Shown: piece by piece, positions 55,101 to 64,000 of the stretch | Numbering within the stretch: position 1 is the first letter of the stretch | Layout: every line of letters begins with the position of its first letter | Virus record (IMG/VR): IMGVR_UViG_3300033148_006239 | Coordinates: 1-64,000 of that record | Length of the DNA: 64,000 nucleotides | Direction: 5' to 3' (one strand) | DNA from: a virus | Notes under the pieces: generated by a model | The model's input: only the letters and a program-made list of their open reading frames with translations | Told to the model about the DNA's origin: nothing | Database searches by the model: none | Position numbers and translations under genes: made by a program

Positions 55101-55507
55101 TATTTTTTCCCTATGAACTTTTGTAAGAGATCAGTAATCGCTTTAGTATCTATTTTTTCTGTACTTTTTAATGCTTTAAGTAAGCCAGTAAGACCTACAA
55201 ATGTACTTAGTGTCATCCACCACCATTGATATTTATCAATAAATATTCCAAGAGTCTCTATAGCTTTTTTAAAATGTTCAGCACCAGTAATTAAATACAA
55301 TATCATGCTTATTAAAAACACTATAAAAATTAACAAAAACGTTATAATAGAAGTGAATTTACCAACCTTTTTAATTCTCATTGTTAAAATTTCAGAATCT
55401 TTTTTTAATTTATCTAAATCTGTTTCATCTATATCAATATCAACTTTTTTTATTTCTTTGTCTTTATCGTCTTTAAATGTTATATTCATTTTAGCAAATT
55501 TTTCCAT
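55100..55507 (-). CDS. Two-TM holin candidate
   Basis: Two hydrophobic segments, directly after the endolysin. Confidence 0.55.
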   Translation of the reverse strand: MEKFAKMNITFKDDKDKEIKKVDIDIDETDLDKLKKDSEILTMRIKKVGKFTSIITFLLIFIVFLISMILYLITGAEHFKKAIETLGIFIDKYQWWWMTLSTFVGLTGLLKALKSTEKIDTKAITDLLQKFIGKK

Positions 55508-56271
55508 GTGTTTTTACCTACAATACCATCAGAAGTTAAATCATTGTTCTCCTGAAATTTTTTGACAGCCTTTGAAGTGTTTTTACCAAAAACCCCATCA
55601 AAATCTAAACCTAATAGCATTTGAATATCCTTGACATTATTCTGGATCGTACCAAACCTTAATGTTGGGTTAAAATTACATTGATCATCTAAAAAATTTA
55701 AATAATCTTTGCCATGCCATACTGTAAATGGAAATTCATCTTCATAACTCATATCGGCATAATTCATTAAAGATTTCCAATAATTACCATTCCAGCCACC
55801 AAAGGGTCCTAAACATCCTGCACTATTTTTACCAATATTTTCTCCTATACCCATTGCATGGCAATTGACACCTGTATTTCTAGCATATTCAAAAATATCA
55901 CCATCATCTATTATATAGTTTCGATTATAGTCTCTAACGATCCATATTTTTTCATCTTTTGCACGTAGTGCTTTGTATTTTCTATGATGTAACCCTTTAA
56001 CAAATTTATGTTGTCCAAATGCTACATGTGCTGTACCTTTTGAATTTAATGGATTTTCTGAATAATATAATCCGGGATCAACTGTTCCGGGCATTATTTC
56101 TATTATATCGTCTTTTAAACATATAATTAAATCATTATATTTATCAATTTCATCATTATTAACAATAATTCTATCTCTATTACATGTAACACCTTTTAGA
56201 CATAAAATATTTAATTGATTTCTTTCGATATATTCAAAAGACAATGCTTTAATAAATTCTGCAAAAAACAT
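55486..56271 (-). CDS. Endolysin: L,D-transpeptidase-like domain + peptidoglycan-binding domain
   Basis: GVNCH...SAGC; DGVFGKNTSKAVKKFQ...DGIVGKNTW. Confidence 0.8.
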   Translation of the reverse strand: MFFAEFIKALSFEYIERNQLNILCLKGVTCNRDRIIVNNDEIDKYNDLIICLKDDIIEIMPGTVDPGLYYSENPLNSKGTAHVAFGQHKFVKGLHHRKYKALRAKDEKIWIVRDYNRNYIIDDGDIFEYARNTGVNCHAMGIGENIGKNSAGCLGPFGGWNGNYWKSLMNYADMSYEDEFPFTVWHGKDYLNFLDDQCNFNPTLRFGTIQNNVKDIQMLLGLDFDGVFGKNTSKAVKKFQENNDLTSDGIVGKNTWKNLLK

Positions 56272-56285
56272 TATTAGCTCCTAAA

Positions 56286-56525
56286 TTAAGCAGATTCTAA
56301 TTCTGTAATATAAGTACTAAGTTCAGTATTTGTTCGATATGCTCCCATTTTTTCCCATGCAACATCGGCAACACCCTGAACTGTAGCCAGCGCTGTTGCT
56401 TCATCAATTGCATCAACCATAATTGAAGCTACCATAGTCATACGTTTTTCTTCGATAATATCTACCATCCATTTATCGGTATATATATCGGTTCTTAATT
56501 GGTATAGTTTTAATGTGAAAGTCAT
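56286..56525 (-). CDS. Small protein after the tail fibre (chaperone candidate)
   Basis: TAATG coupling to the fibre gene. Confidence 0.6.
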   Translation of the reverse strand: MTFTLKLYQLRTDIYTDKWMVDIIEEKRMTMVASIMVDAIDEATALATVQGVADVAWEKMGAYRTNTELSTYITELESA

Positions 56526-59500
56526 TAATAATGGATCTCCTTTATAGTAAAGTTATAATTTGTCGTAGTTAATGGATTTAAATTGTTAAAAAATATACTA
56601 TAAAATTCTGTAAAAGAAGTATAATCTAACGGTGGATAATCTACTTTAACCCCTTCTAGTGATCCATTATCAACAACTTCAATAGCTGAAGATTTCCATT
56701 CTGCAGAACCCGTAGAATCCGCCTGAATGGGATAAACCCAATAAATTTCAGAACTACTATCACCCCTCATTTGTTTATGAAGAGAAACTATACCATTATT
56801 ATTGTTTATAGTATACCAAACACTACTTTGAGCATTAAATAATGTTTTCTTTGCAAAAAATCCTGAATATATAGGAAATAATAATTCATGTCTATTAACA
56901 GCAAAAGTAGTTCTTATAAAATTCCACTGTCCATGATTAAAAATAAAATTATTATCTTTAGATAAATCTGTAGTATAACCAGATCCAATTATTTTATTAC
57001 TTCCTGCAGAATTAATAAATGAAAACGGAAAACCAAAAAGAAAAACATAATTATCTGTAATATTTGTTTTACCTAAATCAGTATAAGTTCCAGGGATAAC
57101 TCCTCCAGGACGATGTGCTAGCAATATTTTACCTGTAGTATTAGTAAAATTTGTTCCTCCAAATGTGTTTCCTGATCCTGCTTCTGATAAAATATCTACA
57201 GTTATTGTTTGATCTGAAGAATGTGTCCCTCCAGAAATTGCTGTAATTTGTACAGTGTGCCAAATATTATTTTGATCGAAGGAAGACTCCGATTCAGCAT
57301 TTTCTTGTATAATAGCTATATCTCCAATTTTCCATTGATATTTATTACTTCTTGCATGTGAGTTTAAAGTTATTGTTTCACTAGTATCTCCACCTTGACC
57401 TGTTCCCGTTAAAGCTACAATAGATTCGGGACCACGATATACTCCCATACCTTTAAATTCATTTGTTGAAGAATCAAATAATGCGTAAACGGCCATATTA
57501 ATTTCAGATTGTGTATATCCAGTAATTGGCATATTATCTAATATTCCACCCGTATCAGTTAATAAATCAATAGTTGTTGTTTCAAAATCAAATGTCCATT
57601 TTGCTATATTAGTTATAAATACTAATTCTTTTTGTGTATTAAAAACAAAACCACTTGATCCATTACCAAAATGATTTTTTAATAAATAAAACTTTGATTC
57701 ATCTGCAAGATCATAATATCCACCTCCATGTACAACATTTTCTAACATACCATGAAATGGAAGATTTGTATTTGATATTTTACCATTTGCATCTAATTGT
57801 GGAATCCCGTTAGGTTGATTTATATCAGTTATTTTAGCCGGAGTAACTACGTTATCTTTAATATGTCTTGTTTCAACTTGATCACTTGCTAATTCTGATA
57901 ATCCTTCAAACCAATGAATATTTTTGGCAATCTTCATACTAGAAACGCCAACAACTAAACCATCATTTAAATTATCTTTTCTATATAAAATAATAGGTCT
58001 ATTATATGCAGTAGTAATCGCCGTTAATGTTGAATTTGTAGCTGTTATTATTCTAATATTTAATCCTGTAGTTACATATTCACTTACATCAATATCTGCA
58101 TAAAAGCAATCATTATTTTCTAATGTTACAGAATCACCATCTTTACTTACAAAATGTATTCTTATGAATCTTTCTGGATTATTTTTAATATGTATTGTAA
58201 TATATCCACCAACACCTTGTTGAAGATCAGTGTTGTTTATTGGACCTGCTTGATCATCTATTAAAAATAATCTTGTTTGTTTTATATTAAAAGGAAACGT
58301 TAAAGATTTTTCAAAACCAATAAATTGATAATGCTCAGTTGCACCAGATTTCCAAAAACTATTTGAAAATATCTCATAATTACCCGATGTTGTAATTAAT
58401 GTATCTGGGCCAGATACAGCACCTGTTGATATTTCTCTATAATGTAAATTACCTGTAGATTGATCATCAAAAACAATTGAAATATTATCAATTGTATCAT
58501 TCCAAACACCACCTAAGGTACCTAATACATTACTACCAGCATCAAACGACACTAACACTATCGCAGCGGCACTATTATCGGATATAACTCTTAATACATC
58601 GACTTGATTTGTTGACGTATTAAACCCTGTAATAAGACAATAATCAGTTCCTGTATTATTATTACAAAATACCAAATTAGCCATAACAAAATTTGATGTT
58701 GATAATGTCCGTTCTGTTCCTAATGCTAAAGCATCGTCAATTGTATTTGTTAAAAATGTAGTACTTGCATCACTATATGCTCCAAATAAAAACAATGACC
58801 CATTATAATCTATACTTACACCATCATCTGGAACAACTGATGTAGATATCGTAGTCAATGTTCCTAATGTATCTGTTGTATTAACAATGGCTCTAAAAGC
58901 GAGTGAAGAGCTTTGTGCCCATATAATACCAATTTTATCATTAGCAGTATCATAAGCTATATCATAGGCTTTTTTATATCCAGAATAATGAGGATTATCA
59001 TTTAGTGTCGCAATAACATCTTGAACTGGATATGTTCCAAATGCATTAATATTATCAATTGAATTAGTCAATGTCAGTGTTAAAACTCCACCTGAATCAT
59101 CTAAAGATAATTTTCTTGATCTTATTTCAATTTCTGCAGTTGATGACGTTTGATGCAAATAAAAAACTATATAATCTGTTCCAACAATAATTGTTTTAGG
59201 ACTATGAACAATGCCCTCGTCGACTATAAGTTCGTTACTATACGTATCTGTTGTTTTTTTATAGATTCTACAAATTATTTTATGATAATCAGGATCTATT
59301 TCACTTTGAATTGCGTAAAAATGATATGTACCATCTGTGTTAATTGATGAATCTATCGGATTTAATATTTCTTTATTTGCACTATATAATTTATCATTAT
59401 CTTTGTCAAAATATAAAGAAATATTTTCAGATCCAAAACTATAATATCTACCATATAATTCACTTAAATTTGTATCAAAAGCTTCTACAGTTTCTAATCT

Positions 59501-60208
59501 TTCACCTGCTTCTTCTAAGGCTTCGTCTACATTATCAACTGATGGTGCGTAAAATGCTCCAGTATTATTAAATCCAATATTGGCGGCGTTACCAGATGTT
59601 ATAGATTCTTTTCTATCTCTATAAATATCTGCTTCTGCTATCTGAGTCATTCCATAATATTTTAAAATATCACCTAAATAAATCCAATTTGGTTCAGTAA
59701 AAGGTTTATCTTGTCTATAAACTTTCTTTTGTTCAAGAGTTAAAGCTGCTGGATCAAACTCTGCTCCTTTAAGTACTTTTATTACAAAACTATCTTCAAC
59801 AATATGCCAAAATCTATCACCGCGTGCATCGATCTGTTGATCACTTAAATCAACATCATAAGCAATAAAAATAGTATTCCATGCTTCAAAATCTATAGTC
59901 GTAACATTTGTTGGATTTTCATCAACATCTTGACTTATATCAATATCATTAGTTGATTCAACATTTATACTTTTTCCATTTAATGCTCTTGATGTACCAG
60001 GAAGTAAATCAAGTGTCATATCTGGTGATGGACTATTTTCTATTAATGCTAATTCTCTTTGATTTTCAGGCAATGAAACTGTTTCTAATATTCCATTTAT
60101 TTGTGCATCAATAGCGATACTTTCAGCTGCTTTTTCAATTACATCAAATATTTGTTGTAAATCATCATTAGCAAATAAATATTTATATCCATATCGAAAC
60201 CTATCCAT
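56525..60208 (-). CDS. Tail fibre / receptor-binding protein
   Basis: Follows baseplate genes; beta-rich; NGIPQLDANGKI...LP fibre motif. Confidence 0.75.
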   Translation of the reverse strand: MDRFRYGYKYLFANDDLQQIFDVIEKAAESIAIDAQINGILETVSLPENQRELALIENSPSPDMTLDLLPGTSRALNGKSINVESTNDIDISQDVDENPTNVTTIDFEAWNTIFIAYDVDLSDQQIDARGDRFWHIVEDSFVIKVLKGAEFDPAALTLEQKKVYRQDKPFTEPNWIYLGDILKYYGMTQIAEADIYRDRKESITSGNAANIGFNNTGAFYAPSVDNVDEALEEAGERLETVEAFDTNLSELYGRYYSFGSENISLYFDKDNDKLYSANKEILNPIDSSINTDGTYHFYAIQSEIDPDYHKIICRIYKKTTDTYSNELIVDEGIVHSPKTIIVGTDYIVFYLHQTSSTAEIEIRSRKLSLDDSGGVLTLTLTNSIDNINAFGTYPVQDVIATLNDNPHYSGYKKAYDIAYDTANDKIGIIWAQSSSLAFRAIVNTTDTLGTLTTISTSVVPDDGVSIDYNGSLFLFGAYSDASTTFLTNTIDDALALGTERTLSTSNFVMANLVFCNNNTGTDYCLITGFNTSTNQVDVLRVISDNSAAAIVLVSFDAGSNVLGTLGGVWNDTIDNISIVFDDQSTGNLHYREISTGAVSGPDTLITTSGNYEIFSNSFWKSGATEHYQFIGFEKSLTFPFNIKQTRLFLIDDQAGPINNTDLQQGVGGYITIHIKNNPERFIRIHFVSKDGDSVTLENNDCFYADIDVSEYVTTGLNIRIITATNSTLTAITTAYNRPIILYRKDNLNDGLVVGVSSMKIAKNIHWFEGLSELASDQVETRHIKDNVVTPAKITDINQPNGIPQLDANGKISNTNLPFHGMLENVVHGGGYYDLADESKFYLLKNHFGNGSSGFVFNTQKELVFITNIAKWTFDFETTTIDLLTDTGGILDNMPITGYTQSEINMAVYALFDSSTNEFKGMGVYRGPESIVALTGTGQGGDTSETITLNSHARSNKYQWKIGDIAIIQENAESESSFDQNNIWHTVQITAISGGTHSSDQTITVDILSEAGSGNTFGGTNFTNTTGKILLAHRPGGVIPGTYTDLGKTNITDNYVFLFGFPFSFINSAGSNKIIGSGYTTDLSKDNNFIFNHGQWNFIRTTFAVNRHELLFPIYSGFFAKKTLFNAQSSVWYTINNNNGIVSLHKQMRGDSSSEIYWVYPIQADSTGSAEWKSSAIEVVDNGSLEGVKVDYPPLDYTSFTEFYSIFFNNLNPLTTTNYNFTIKEIHY

Positions 60209-60218
60209 AATAAACTCC

Positions 60219-60830
60219 TCAATTTAATCTTGATGTTTCTTCTAATTCTGAAAAACCTAATTGAAATCTATCGTCAATATCAATAAGATCTGATAATTCC
60301 CAACTAAAAACATATTCATGTGTTATAGCTCTTAAATATGTAACAATTCTTTTAATATCTCTTTTTAATGCATCTGTTAAAACACCATCATATGATAACA
60401 ATGTTTTAGAGATAAAAGTATGAACATCTGATAGATATGTACTAAATCCTAATTCTGAAAAATCTAATAACCATAGTCCTTCTTCTTCTGCGGTTAATTC
60501 TTTAAATTCTAATTCAATATTATAAAGCAGTCTTACAACATTAATAATAACTTGAGTCGTTCCTCTTGTTTTATTTATAATAGGTAAAAACTGTAATAAT
60601 TTTCTTTTTTGTATTTCTGTTAAATCTAAATCTAATGTCCAACCTCTTTCTAAGATATAATTCCATAAATAAACTTCATCTCTTTCAAATAAATTTGATT
60701 GTTCTCTTAATCTTAAAAAATCAGTATATGCTTGACAAATAACTTCTTCTAAGATTTCTATATATAACTCAACATTAGTATCTGTTAAAAGAAATTCTGG
60801 AACATATTTTTTTAAATCAAATATCGCCAT
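60219..60830 (-). CDS. Baseplate wedge protein (P2 gpI-like)
   Basis: Position after the gpJ-like gene; KTRGTTQVI. Confidence 0.65.
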   Translation of the reverse strand: MAIFDLKKYVPEFLLTDTNVELYIEILEEVICQAYTDFLRLREQSNLFERDEVYLWNYILERGWTLDLDLTEIQKRKLLQFLPIINKTRGTTQVIINVVRLLYNIELEFKELTAEEEGLWLLDFSELGFSTYLSDVHTFISKTLLSYDGVLTDALKRDIKRIVTYLRAITHEYVFSWELSDLIDIDDRFQLGFSELEETSRLN

Positions 60831-62497
60831 TATAGTGCCAATTGAGTTCCATCTTTATTAAATGCAGTCAAAGTAATATTAATCAATCTTGGAATTGATA
60901 ATTGATCAATTGCTAAATCATCTACAGGACCATCAAGTAAAACTTTAGTTACACCATAACCTCTAAAATTTTCTATTAAAGCTATTATTCTACTTCTTGG
61001 TATTTCTTCAAGTTCTGTACCCCAATTTATTGAAAAACTTCCATCAATTTTTTTTGATGTAAAACCAAAAGATGTTTCAAGAGATCCTCTAATTAAGTTA
61101 ATTGTTGATAACCACGGAGAATTATTTTCAAAAAAAACTCTAGCGTCAATATCCCAATCTTGATAAATTGCTTCTGTTATAATTGTATTAGACGCGACAT
61201 TACCAAATGTTGGTCTTTTTGATGCATCCGTATAAATATCAATAATACTATTCTTTAAAGTATCATCTACTGCTATTCCTATTCCAGGAACAACATAAAT
61301 TAGAACTTGAAATTCATCTAAAGAGAGTGGAATATCTTTTTCTCTAGTATATGGATTGTCAATAACAAATGCTCTTTGTATATCTGCTAAAGCAACTGCG
61401 TTTATTTCAAATTCTTCTCTTGTAATACTTCTATTTGATGACGCATTCCAAACTGATATATTTTTTCTTCCACTTTCAATTGTTTCTCTATTTTCTCCAC
61501 CAGTCGGAGCAAATCTATTTGTTACAGTTAAATCATTTACTGATTGTGCTTCAGAATCAAATATTGTACTTGTAATCTTATTTATTTGTCCAGTTTGAAT
61601 ACTATTAGCACCAATACCACCACCAAACGCGTATCTAACTAAGATTTGTTCTTCAGGAATTTTTCCATAATCGTCATTATTGCCAAATACAACAAACATA
61701 TTTTCATCTTGAGTATATTCTAATGCATAAAATTCTTCACCTGGTGGAGCAAGCAATATTGATTCTATTAAGGTCCATAATTTATTACCAACTGTGACTA
61801 CGACTGTATCATTTATAACTCCTATATTATTTAAAGGATATCTTTGATCTTTAATTCCAATTTGACCATTAAATAAATTACTTGTACTAATATGATTTCT
61901 AGCATTAACAGTAATAGATCTTGATCCTGCTAAAATTACTGCATATTGTAATGTTTCAAATTTACGTAAACCATCAGCAGATGACACAACAGTTTTTTCT
62001 GGAATAACAACATCAAAACTATGTACTGTATCTAATTTAAATAACAAATTTACAATTGCAGACTTTCTTCCTTTTAAAGCATATAAATATTCTTGTGCTT
62101 TCCAAATTAAAGACTCATAATTATTTAGTGTAGGTAATGTATTATTAGTAAATATTTGATCACCTAAATAAAATAATTTATCTAATTGAGCAGACATTAT
62201 CTCTAAAATAAGTGTTCCGACTTCTCTTTTATTAAAATTAGTCCACTCAGGAAATCTTTTACTTGCGGCGTCTATAGATTCAAGCATAATACCATAAAAT
62301 TCTTTTTCAAAGAATGATGTTTTAATAGGTTCAATACTATCTAAACTCGTTGATAAATCTCTAACTGAACTAATAACATTAAATACTAATTGCTTATCGT
62401 CTTCTGTAACAATATCTTCAGGAGAATTAATATGATTAATATCATTAATTTTTAGAATTGATTCTAATGAATTTTTAACTATTTCACCTGGTTTCAT
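60830..62497 (-). CDS. Baseplate J / T4 gp6-like wedge protein
   Basis: PEWTNFN...G..ILE, FGNNDDYGKIP, GGENRETIE...NRSITREEFE. Confidence 0.85.
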   Translation of the reverse strand: MKPGEIVKNSLESILKINDINHINSPEDIVTEDDKQLVFNVISSVRDLSTSLDSIEPIKTSFFEKEFYGIMLESIDAASKRFPEWTNFNKREVGTLILEIMSAQLDKLFYLGDQIFTNNTLPTLNNYESLIWKAQEYLYALKGRKSAIVNLLFKLDTVHSFDVVIPEKTVVSSADGLRKFETLQYAVILAGSRSITVNARNHISTSNLFNGQIGIKDQRYPLNNIGVINDTVVVTVGNKLWTLIESILLAPPGEEFYALEYTQDENMFVVFGNNDDYGKIPEEQILVRYAFGGGIGANSIQTGQINKITSTIFDSEAQSVNDLTVTNRFAPTGGENRETIESGRKNISVWNASSNRSITREEFEINAVALADIQRAFVIDNPYTREKDIPLSLDEFQVLIYVVPGIGIAVDDTLKNSIIDIYTDASKRPTFGNVASNTIITEAIYQDWDIDARVFFENNSPWLSTINLIRGSLETSFGFTSKKIDGSFSINWGTELEEIPRSRIIALIENFRGYGVTKVLLDGPVDDLAIDQLSIPRLINITLTAFNKDGTQLAL

Positions 62498-62898
62498 TAA
62501 GCTACCCTCTTTAGTTCAAATCCACCATCTGTTCTTGTAATCGTCAATGTATTTACAATTTCAGGATTTTGTATATCTTTCCATTTTATATCAACAAATA
62601 AATCTTCTTTTTGATAATCAGTTATTACGTCAATTAATTCAATTTCAGGAACAAATTCAAGTAAAGGTTCTTGAATCCATTGAAATAATAAATTATCCAT
62701 CAAAGCAGGATCAGAATTATGATAAGGTACTAAATGTAATTTGCTTCCAAATTCAGGAAACATTTCTCTACTTCCAATTGGTGTTAATAATGTTACAGCA
62801 ATAGCAGATTCTAATTCATCTAATCGTGTTATATCAGAAAAGCTACCACTATTGAAATTAAATGGATATGTAATTGTAACAGTAGCATTACCTGACAT
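62497..62898 (-). CDS. gp25/GpW-like baseplate sheath initiator
   Basis: LLTPIGSREMFPEFGSKL...FVPEI. Confidence 0.88.
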   Translation of the reverse strand: MSGNATVTITYPFNFNSGSFSDITRLDELESAIAVTLLTPIGSREMFPEFGSKLHLVPYHNSDPALMDNLLFQWIQEPLLEFVPEIELIDVITDYQKEDLFVDIKWKDIQNPEIVNTLTITRTDGGFELKRVA

Positions 62899-62899
62899 A

Positions 62900-63886
62900 T
62901 TAACCCTTTACTATATCAACAAATTCTGAATCTAATCCATCTAAATCGAACGAATTTAAAGAATTAAGTACTTGAGTAACTTCTTTAAACTCTGAAATTG
63001 CTTGTTTTGTTTGCTCTTTATCTTCATCTTCTTTTATAAATAATTCAATAAAATTTATTAAAGAAGTTATATTTGCAGGATCTAAACCACCAGCAACTAA
63101 AAAAATTCCTCCAATATAATTAGAATCTCTTTTTTGTTTATTACTAATTCCATTTGTATTTGCGATATCACTAATAAATTTATTTATTCCACCAAGTTGT
63201 GGTTGAATTGTTTTTATAACTAAAAATTCGCCATTAATAGACAATGTTAATTTATCCAATAAAATTAATATTCTATTTCTTATTGAATCAACTACGTTTG
63301 TTACAGTTTCTATTTTTTCTGATAGTGAATTTGAAATTGCATCAAGAAGATTTTCTTTTCTACCTATTTGTTCATATAGACTATCAATAAAAAATTTTAT
63401 TTCATTTTTTAATGTTTCTATTTCAGGAATTAACCATTGTAAAGTTGTTCCAAACCAATCACCATCACCAAAATTTCCAAAAAATCTTTTCTTTAAGAAA
63501 TCGACACCATCAGTTCTTTGTAATGGAACAATTTGGCTTGTTTCATTTGTATTAATTATTTGTGTTGCATCAAAATTACCAAAAGTTGTTCTATCGATAT
63601 GTCTTCCGAGTAAATCAGTAAATACTAATGTTTCAATTAACGATAAAGATTCTCGCAATTTAGCTGCAACTTGTGGAGCTGTATAAAGTTCTATTGCTGC
63701 TGTATATTCATGACCATATAAAATAGGTATATCATCAATACGATTAATATCTAGTTCTTTTTCACCAATATTTTTATATATACCATCTTCGGGTAAATTA
63801 AGATCAACTAATATATCTGTAACTTTATTTGATTCAATATCTCTAGCTTTTATTGATGTAACTTTAATCCAATGTGGAAAACTCAA
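62900..63886 (-). CDS. Hypothetical virion/baseplate-region protein (start uncertain)
   Basis: Long ORF contiguous with the gp25-like gene. Confidence 0.65.
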   Translation of the reverse strand: MSFPHWIKVTSIKARDIESNKVTDILVDLNLPEDGIYKNIGEKELDINRIDDIPILYGHEYTAAIELYTAPQVAAKLRESLSLIETLVFTDLLGRHIDRTTFGNFDATQIINTNETSQIVPLQRTDGVDFLKKRFFGNFGDGDWFGTTLQWLIPEIETLKNEIKFFIDSLYEQIGRKENLLDAISNSLSEKIETVTNVVDSIRNRILILLDKLTLSINGEFLVIKTIQPQLGGINKFISDIANTNGISNKQKRDSNYIGGIFLVAGGLDPANITSLINFIELFIKEDEDKEQTKQAISEFKEVTQVLNSLNSFDLDGLDSEFVDIVKG

Positions 63887-64000
63887 TTTATCCCATTCTA
63901 ATGATAATGAATTTTTATTAAAAATACTTGTAAATCTGAATTTTAAATTCGCATCAATTTCTTTTTGTACTTGTATATTTGAAAATGTTATAAAATTTAT

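Noticed and set aside
14700-62929. Many short + strand ORFs in the track across the - strand block
   Set aside because: Antisense to well-supported genes, no RBS, hydrophobic low-complexity translations typical of AT-rich reverse frames

Overview
AT-rich segment of a large contractile-tailed (myovirus-type) dsDNA phage genome, in four parts. (1) A ~2 kb non-coding region (1-1980) that opens with 485 nt containing no G, followed by iteron-like repeats and a promoter-to-terminator unit with no credible ORF. (2) A + strand early block (1980-11310) of small genes with a shared promoter type and a repeated, covarying two-hairpin leader before the RBS. It includes a Tad2-like gene, a tetrapeptide-repeat protein, a nucleoside deoxyribosyltransferase-fold gene and an ATP-dependent ligase. 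(3) A - strand middle block (11.6-53.7 kb): two HU-like genes, SF2 helicase, NrdJ with two HNH inteins, RuvC, SbcCD, RecA, SSB, DnaE, a nucleotide/sugar-modification-like cluster, sigma factor, tubulin/FtsZ homologue, primase, 5'-3' exonuclease, DnaB and DnaC. (4) Lysis, tail-fibre and baseplate genes (53.8-64 kb). The best candidates for undescribed biology are two twin-promoter small RNAs with anti-RBS segments perfectly complementary to early-gene RBSs, the repeated structured leader, the G-free tract, a tRNA-shaped RNA whose anticodon arm is replaced by a long hairpin, and the ThyX-like/epimerase/kinase/UDG/dNTPase/flavoenzyme cluster. All calls come from reading motifs by eye; no database search or folding program was run.
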